A DNA stretch of 53,123 nt from Spirochaetaceae bacterium (GTDB taxonomy: Bacteria > Spirochaetota > Spirochaetia > DSM-27196 > PWMO01): contig JBKHCS010000006.1 in the NCBI GenBank assembly GCA_046541715.1, forward strand, positions 1-53,123. Direction: 5' to 3'. The position numbers and the translations under genes are program-made. The first letter of the stretch is position 1. The number at the start of each line of letters is the position of its first letter. The notes below the pieces were generated by a model. The model was not told where the DNA came from, ran no database searches, and saw nothing but the letters and a program-made list of their open reading frames with translations. This document shows positions 47,022 to 53,123 of the stretch, in pieces.

Positions 47022-49385
47022 ATGAACGCGCTTCCCGTCGGGGTCCTGGCCCTCGACGAAGAGGCCTTTATCGTCGACGGCAACGACCGTGCTTTCTCCC
47101 TCCTGGTGCCGTGGTCCGGTATGGAAGCGCCCCGAAGCCTCGAGGACGCCGTTCTTCCGGAGGACCGTATACAAATAACCGGAGCGTTCCGGGAGCTCAG
47201 AAACGGTAGCACGGACCGTGCGATGGTCGACGTTCGTACCCTGGTCCAGGGAGACGGCGAAACCTGGGCGCGGATTCGTATTGCCCGTTCACGGGAAGAG
47301 AACGGCGATCACGCCACCTTTGTGGCGACCCTCGAAGACGTATCGGTCCAGAAGCAGGGAGAGACCCGCCTCAAGGCCGCGAAGAACGCCGCCGAGCGGG
47401 CTACCCAGACCAAGAGCGAGTTTCTCGCGAACATGAGCCACGAAATCCGTACGCCCCTCCACACTATCCTCGGAATGACCGAGTTGATGTTGGAGACCAA
47501 TCTGGACCAGGAACAGAGTGAATACGCCACCCAGGTCCGGTTTTCCGCGGAGGTGCTCCTCGGGCTTATTAACGATATTCTCGACTTCTCCAAAATTGAG
47601 GCTGGGAAGCTCACCCTGGAATACATCGATTTCGACCTTCGGCAGACGATGGAAGAAGCCGTCGACATGCTTAGCCTCGAGGCTCACAAGAAGAGCCTCG
47701 ACGTCGTCCTCGATCTCTCTCCGACCCTGCCGGATCTGGTAGTCGGGGACCCGATTCGGATTCGGCAAGTCGTGGTAAACCTCTTCAGCAACGCGGTCAA
47801 GTTTACTTCTTCGGGTCAGATAATGATTCGGGCGCGCCCCCTGGAGGTTAGCCCCCAGGCGGCGACCTTGCGAATCGAGGTTTCCGACACGGGGATCGGT
47901 ATCCCGATGGGCAAGCTCAACCAGCTCTTCCGGGCCTTTACCCAGGTCGACTCTTCGACCACCCGGAAATTCGGCGGGACGGGTCTCGGACTCTCGATCT
48001 CCCGGAACCTCGTCCGAATGATGGGAGGTATTATCGGCGTCGCGAGTCAGGAGGGCCGCGGATCGAGTTTTTGGTTTACCGTTCCCGTCGACGTCGTCAA
48101 TTGGAAACGGATCGACCGCAGGGAGGGGGTCCTCTCGGGCCGACGGATTCTGATAATCGACGACAACGAAGCGAGCCGCCGGGCGCTGGTCTCCTACGTC
48201 GCCGCCAGCGGGGCCGGGTGCGGAGAGGCCGCCGACGGCCGCCGGGCCCTCGAAATGCTCCGGGGGAAGGACGGCGTCTACGACGTGGCCCTCGTCGACC
48301 TCGAAATGCCCGGGATGGACGGGTGGCAACTCGCCAGCGAGATAAACGCAGACAAGACAATCAACTCGACACGCCTCGTGCTGATGAGCCCCCGGGGAAG
48401 CACGACCGGGGAGCCGAAGATGAAGCTTCTCGGTTGGTTCGACGCCTACATTAACAAGCCGATCCGCTACGAGGAGTTGCTGAGCAACCTCGAGACTGTT
48501 CTATCCACCGACTTCGAGTTGGCTGCGGCGGAGGACAAGAATGCCGCTGTCGCTCGGGCGGAGTCTTCCGGGGTAGGAACCGCCCCCGCGGCGGCCCGTA
48601 TTCTCGTCGCGGAGGACCATGTCGTCAATCAACAGCTCTTTCGAACCATCCTCGAAAAGCAGGGCCACACGGTGACCCTTGCCGATAACGGCCGCAAGGC
48701 GATCGAGGCTCTCGAGAGCCGGCCGGTTGATCTGCTCTTTATGGATGTTCAGATGCCGGAGATGAACGGCTACGATGCGACCCGAGAGATTCGGCGGTTG
48801 GGGTACTCGATTCCCATCGTAGCCGTCACCGCGAACGCGCTAAAGGGAGAGCGGGAGAAGTGCCTCGAGGCCGGAATGGACGACTTTTTGACCAAACCCT
48901 TTAAGAGCGCCGATATCACGCCGGTCCTCCGGCGATGGTTGTCACCCGGGGAAGAAACCGCGCCGGAAGCCTTGGAAGAAGTCGAGGAGGTGGCGGAGGT
49001 CGAGGAGATCGCACCGGTCGAGGATGCTTCGGAGGAGCCGATTCTCGATTTCGAGCAGGCACTGGAAGCTTTTATGGGGCAGCGGGAGATCGTCGAAAAG
49101 GTCCTGGCGGACTTCAACACCAAGGTTGCCCAGCAGATCGAGCTTATCCGAAAGAACGTGCCCTCGGGAGACATCGAGCGGGCCCGGACCGAGGCCCACG
49201 GCATAAAGGGGGGCTCCTGGAACTTGGCGGCTTACCGCCTCGGGAACGCCGCCGCGGAGCTCGAAGACATCCTCTCTCGCCGGGCTGTCGACGAGGCGCC
49301 GGAGAGCATCGACCGGGTCGAGGCGGCTTACAAGGAGCTTCAGAAACACCTCGGCGAGATCGGAATCAAAGAGGCGGCTACCTGA
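47022..49385 (+). CDS. Cytoplasmic hybrid histidine kinase (PAS-HisKA-HATPase-REC-REC-HPt)
   Basis: FLANMSHEIRTP, NAVKFT, DTGIG, GGTGLGL, two REC domains, AHGIKGGS HPt. Start between 46956 and 47022. Confidence 0.93.
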   Translation: MNALPVGVLALDEEAFIVDGNDRAFSLLVPWSGMEAPRSLEDAVLPEDRIQITGAFRELRNGSTDRAMVDVRTLVQGDGETWARIRIARSREENGDHATFVATLEDVSVQKQGETRLKAAKNAAERATQTKSEFLANMSHEIRTPLHTILGMTELMLETNLDQEQSEYATQVRFSAEVLLGLINDILDFSKIEAGKLTLEYIDFDLRQTMEEAVDMLSLEAHKKSLDVVLDLSPTLPDLVVGDPIRIRQVVVNLFSNAVKFTSSGQIMIRARPLEVSPQAATLRIEVSDTGIGIPMGKLNQLFRAFTQVDSSTTRKFGGTGLGLSISRNLVRMMGGIIGVASQEGRGSSFWFTVPVDVVNWKRIDRREGVLSGRRILIIDDNEASRRALVSYVAASGAGCGEAADGRRALEMLRGKDGVYDVALVDLEMPGMDGWQLASEINADKTINSTRLVLMSPRGSTTGEPKMKLLGWFDAYINKPIRYEELLSNLETVLSTDFELAAAEDKNAAVARAESSGVGTAPAAARILVAEDHVVNQQLFRTILEKQGHTVTLADNGRKAIEALESRPVDLLFMDVQMPEMNGYDATREIRRLGYSIPIVAVTANALKGEREKCLEAGMDDFLTKPFKSADITPVLRRWLSPGEETAPEALEEVEEVAEVEEIAPVEDASEEPILDFEQALEAFMGQREIVEKVLADFNTKVAQQIELIRKNVPSGDIERARTEAHGIKGGSWNLAAYRLGNAAAELEDILSRRAVDEAPESIDRVEAAYKELQKHLGEIGIKEAAT

Positions 49386-49386
49386 G

Positions 49387-50580
49387 ATGGCGTCGACGCA
49401 CCAGGTGGTTTCCACCCGGCGGGGTCCCCTCCACCGCTTTCGGAACTGGTACCGCCGGTCGGATTATGCCGGGCCGACGCTCTTTATCCTGGTGTTCTTT
49501 GTGCTTTCCGGGGCGTCGGTTATCTGGTTCGAATTCGGCAGGAACGAGCAGTTCGCTGACGTCCTCGACGGCTTGTGGTGGGCCGTCATCACCTTTAGTA
49601 CGACCGGTTATGGGGACAAAGTCCCGGTTACCCTCGGCGGCCGTATTATAGCCATCGTTACCATCTTTGTCGGTATCGGCGCGATGAGCCTCCTTTCCGG
49701 TGGTCTCGCGTCTTGGCTCGTTGCCCGGAACACGAAAGCGCGGAGAGGGCTTATGGAATACAAGAGATTAAAGGGGCATCTGGTTGTCTGCGGCTGGAAA
49801 CCGGACATGAAAGATACCCTCCTGGACATCCTCCGGGCCGGCGGCTCCCTATCCTCGGAAGACATCGTCCTTATTTCCAACGTGGACCCGGAGCGGGTGG
49901 AGGAGCTCAAAGAGACGGAGGAACTCCGGGGAATAAAATTTGTCCGGGGGGACTACTTCTCCGAGCTGACCCTCAGGAGGGCCAACCTGGAGCAGGCCAA
50001 GAAGCTCCTGATACTCGCCGACGCGCTGGAGAGCAACGTTTCGAGCGAGGTCGATTCCAAGACCGTCCTTACGGTTCTTACGGCAAAGTCGCTTGCCAAG
50101 AACGTCTACGTGACCGCCGAGGTCCTCGACCGGAAGTTCGAGAGCTATCTCCGGCAGGCGGACTGCGATGAGGTTCTCTTTAGTCGGGACTTCTCGCGGC
50201 AGATTCTCGCGAGCACCTCGGCGACCAACGGCATGAGCCACATTATCTACGAGCTCTTGACGAACGAGCGAAGCGGGTCCCGGCTTCGAACCCATGAGAT
50301 TCCCCCTCGGTATCAGAACAAGCCCTACGGCGAGTACCGGTCGACCTACCGCGACGGTTCCGCCCGGTTGCTTCTCGGACTCTTGGAAAATACCGGTTCG
50401 CCCGGGAGAATGAAGATGGAAGCCCTCCGGGAAGCGCAGAAGACCTCGGATGTATCTCAGTTGATTCAGAACCTCCAGGAGGTCAAAGGGCTCGAAGTCA
50501 ACCGGCCGGTTCTGCTCCCTGGTGATGACTACATCATTCAGCGCCACGCTCTGGCGATTGTCCTGGAGCGGGCGTCATGA
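49387..50580 (+). CDS. 2-TM potassium channel with RCK (TrkA-N) gating domain
   Basis: Selectivity filter TTGYGD between two TM helices; HLVVCGW RCK. Confidence 0.92.
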   Translation: MASTHQVVSTRRGPLHRFRNWYRRSDYAGPTLFILVFFVLSGASVIWFEFGRNEQFADVLDGLWWAVITFSTTGYGDKVPVTLGGRIIAIVTIFVGIGAMSLLSGGLASWLVARNTKARRGLMEYKRLKGHLVVCGWKPDMKDTLLDILRAGGSLSSEDIVLISNVDPERVEELKETEELRGIKFVRGDYFSELTLRRANLEQAKKLLILADALESNVSSEVDSKTVLTVLTAKSLAKNVYVTAEVLDRKFESYLRQADCDEVLFSRDFSRQILASTSATNGMSHIIYELLTNERSGSRLRTHEIPPRYQNKPYGEYRSTYRDGSARLLLGLLENTGSPGRMKMEALREAQKTSDVSQLIQNLQEVKGLEVNRPVLLPGDDYIIQRHALAIVLERAS

Positions 50581-51068
50581 GCTCCGAAGCACGCGACCGG
50601 CTCAGGCAGATCTCGCTCTTCGACGAAATCCGGGACCACGAGGAGAGTATGGGTCACCTCGAGGCGATTACCCAGCTCGTTCAGGTTCCTGCCGGTACAA
50701 CCGTCATCAAGGAAGGGGAAGTCGGGAGCGAGATGTACGTGGTGTTTCGGGGACAGGTCGAAATAAAGAAGCAGACCCGGGCCGGGGACGACTACACGGT
50801 GGTAAAGCTCGATGCCTCTCAGAATGTCTTCTTCGGAGAGCTCGCCCTCGTCGACGACGACAAGCGCTCGGCGACGGTCTTGGCGACCGAAGACTCTGAG
50901 TTCCTGGTAATTACCAAGAAGGACTTTGCCCGCCTCGGAGAGACCCACCCGGAGATAGCGCTTCCCATTACCCGGGCGATCGCCCGCATGCTTGCCGGAC
51001 GCCTGAGAAAGACCACCGTCGACATGCTCACCATCTTCGACGCCTTGGTCAGCGAGATACAGGAGTAG
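50577..51068 (+). CDS. Stand-alone cyclic-nucleotide-binding protein
   Basis: EGE..SEMYVV, FFGELAL....RSATV phosphate-binding cassette; no HTH; ATGA overlap with the channel gene. Confidence 0.9.
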   Translation: MSSEARDRLRQISLFDEIRDHEESMGHLEAITQLVQVPAGTTVIKEGEVGSEMYVVFRGQVEIKKQTRAGDDYTVVKLDASQNVFFGELALVDDDKRSATVLATEDSEFLVITKKDFARLGETHPEIALPITRAIARMLAGRLRKTTVDMLTIFDALVSEIQE

Positions 51069-51789
51069 CCAGCCGGGCGTAGATATCCCCGGAGCGGCTC
51101 CCGGGGCTCAGATTTCGTAGAAGGCCGACAATCGATTCGGCGGCAACCCATTGAGGCAACACGAATCGGTGCCGTTCACCAACGCAGTAGTTAAAACGGT
51201 AGCTCCCGAGGCGCTCCAACCGGTCGACGCATGCGAGGGCCCTTTCAGTCTGGGTCGGCAAGTATTCGAAGCTCACCGCCGGTATAGGCTCCGAAAGGCC
51301 GGCGAGAACCAGCTGTTCGGCCCCTTCCACGTCTATCTTGACGAAGGCCGGGAGACCGAATTGAGCGATGAGCCGATCGAGGGTCGTAACCGGAACCGTG
51401 GTTCGCCGCTCCCATCGCACGCCCCGGCTCATGCCCGAAGACTCCAGGTCCGCGATCCAGGATTCCGTGGTTGTCGTCATAGTCGGATGGGTCGAAGAAA
51501 CGTAGAGGTCGACGATCCCAGGGGAATCTCCCACCGCCGCCGGTACGATCTCCATGTTATGCGATCCCCGGTAGAGACGCCGGAGAAACCGGAGACAATT
51601 CTCCTGGGGCTCGAGGGCGACCACTGTGCCCCCGAGGGCTATCCAGGCTCGGCTTCGGTTTCCGACGTGGGCACCGACGTCGAACATAAGCTCCCCGGCC
51701 TCCCGAAACGGCCGGTAAATGGCCTTTAGCCGCTGGTGGCGTAGGGGAACGGCGTAGTAGATGAACAGGGATCGAAGAAGCCCCAGCAT
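51049..51789 (-). CDS. FkbM family methyltransferase
   Basis: FDVGAHVG, LEP, TLD, KIDVEGAE. Confidence 0.9.
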   Translation of the reverse strand: MLGLLRSLFIYYAVPLRHQRLKAIYRPFREAGELMFDVGAHVGNRSRAWIALGGTVVALEPQENCLRFLRRLYRGSHNMEIVPAAVGDSPGIVDLYVSSTHPTMTTTTESWIADLESSGMSRGVRWERRTTVPVTTLDRLIAQFGLPAFVKIDVEGAEQLVLAGLSEPIPAVSFEYLPTQTERALACVDRLERLGSYRFNYCVGERHRFVLPQWVAAESIVGLLRNLSPGSRSGDIYARLATPVSR

Positions 51790-51906
51790 CTACAGCTCGC
51801 TCTTCCGGCGTGATACGCGGTGCTTTGCCTGCAAGAACGTCTCCTCCCCCGTAAGAGTTCTTAGCAATTCTTTAGTAGATGCTCAAGTGGCGGCGCACCC
51901 TACTTC

Positions 51907-53123
51907 TTAGAAGACCTTCTTGATTCGCCCGAGGGCCTCAGAAACATTCTCAGGACTGTTGAAGGCGCTAATCCGGATATACCCTTCCCCTTCCTTTCCG
52001 AATCCGACGCCGGGAGTTACGACGACGCCGGCGTGACGCAGTATTCGGTCGAAGAGCTCCCAGGAGCTTTCCCCTTTGCCGTGGATCCAGACGTAGGGAG
52101 CGTTCCTTCCTCCGGCGGTTCCAAAGCCGAGCTCGTCGAAGGTCTCGGTGATCGCCTTAGCGTTCGCCATGTAACTCCGCACCAACGTCGAAACAGCCTG
52201 TTGCCCCTCGGGAGTGTATACCGCCTCGGCGGCACGCTGTACCGGATAGGCCACTCCGTTGAACTTGGTCGAATGCCGACGGTTCCAGAGGGGCCTCAAG
52301 GGAACCGGTGTGCCGTCCTCTTGATAGACCCGGCACTCCTTCGGGACGACGGTAAAGGCACACCGGGTGCCGGTAAATCCGGCTGTCTTCGAGAAGCTCC
52401 GGAATTCGACGGCTACCTCCCGGGCCCCTTCGACTTCGTAGATGCTCCGGGGCAGCGAATCGTCTTGAATATAGGCGTAGTACGCGGCGTCGAAGAGAAT
52501 CAGCGCCCTGTGTTCCCGGGCGTAGTCCACCCACTCGGCGAGCTCTGCGTGCGTCGCGACCGCTCCCGTCGGGTTGTTCGGGAAGCAGAGGTAGATAAGG
52601 TCGACTTCTTCTCCCGGCGGGGGGGGGACGTAGCCGTTGTCCTCCCGGCAGGGAAGGTAGGTCACGCCCTGGTACCCCACCTCGAGTGGCTCCCCGGTTC
52701 TTCCGGCCATCACGTTGGTGTCGATGTACACGGGGTAGACCGGATCCGGGATCGCAACCCGGTTTCCGACGGCGAAGAGCTCCTGAAAGTTCCCAACGTC
52801 GCACTTCGACCCGTCGCTGACAAAAATCTCGTCCGCACCGACCGACGTGTTCCGAGAGCCGTAATCGTTCGCGGCGATTGCCTCCCGGAGGAAGGGGTAT
52901 CCCTGCTCCGGTCCGTAACCTCGGAACCCTTCGTGGCGACCCATCTCCTTCACAGCGGACTCGAAGGCGCTAACGACGGGGCCGGGGAGGGGCTCGGTTA
53001 CGTCCCCGATGCCGAGTTTGATAATGGCCGTGTCGGGGTGGTCCTTCTGGAAAACTTCGACCCGGCCTGCGATTTCGGAGAACAGATAGGATGAGCGGAG
53101 CTTCAGGAAGTTGTGGTTAACCT
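51907..53123 (-). CDS. dapL: LL-diaminopimelate aminotransferase (5' end just beyond the window)
   Basis: [50 protein letters not shown]; frame stays open to the window edge. Confidence 0.95.
   Translation of the reverse strand, partial: VNHNFLKLRSSYLFSEIAGRVEVFQKDHPDTAIIKLGIGDVTEPLPGPVVSAFESAVKEMGRHEGFRGYGPEQGYPFLREAIAANDYGSRNTSVGADEIFVSDGSKCDVGNFQELFAVGNRVAIPDPVYPVYIDTNVMAGRTGEPLEVGYQGVTYLPCREDNGYVPPPPGEEVDLIYLCFPNNPTGAVATHAELAEWVDYAREHRALILFDAAYYAYIQDDSLPRSIYEVEGAREVAVEFRSFSKTAGFTGTRCAFTVVPKECRVYQEDGTPVPLRPLWNRRHSTKFNGVAYPVQRAAEAVYTPEGQQAVSTLVRSYMANAKAITETFDELGFGTAGGRNAPYVWIHGKGESSWELFDRILRHAGVVVTPGVGFGKEGEGYIRISAFNSPENVSEALGRIKKVF

Overview
GC-rich (roughly 60-65% by eye) bacterial chromosome segment, most consistent with a free-living Spirochaetia member. 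This is inferred from spirochete-like lipoproteins, tRNA-Arg(UCG) and acidic proteins; it is not proven. From left to right the window holds: an IS3-type orfA remnant cut by a DDE insertion sequence with paired subterminal repeats; divergent pepF/ppa; rdgB; an atypical sigma70-family gene behind a strong-matching sigma54 (-24/-12) promoter; nrnA; argF; tig-clpP-clpX-lon; five tRNAs; a RarA-methyltransferase-like fusion; xth; lipoproteins; TIGR02757; rubredoxin; aroC (CTG start) and aroK; a REC-PAS-GGDEF-EAL protein; an nqrBCDEF-like operon lacking nqrA, divergent from a pyruvate dehydrogenase operon; trpS; a MutY lacking the Fe-S motif; a phosphohexomutase; a response regulator / hybrid kinase / K+ channel / cNMP-binding operon; FkbM; and a truncated dapL. 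The best leads are the RpoN-to-orphan-sigma cascade, a four-copy 24-bp palindrome family, the phosphorelay-K+ channel-cNMP module, and the NqrA-less ion pump paired with PDH. All calls come from motif reading by eye; no database searches were run.
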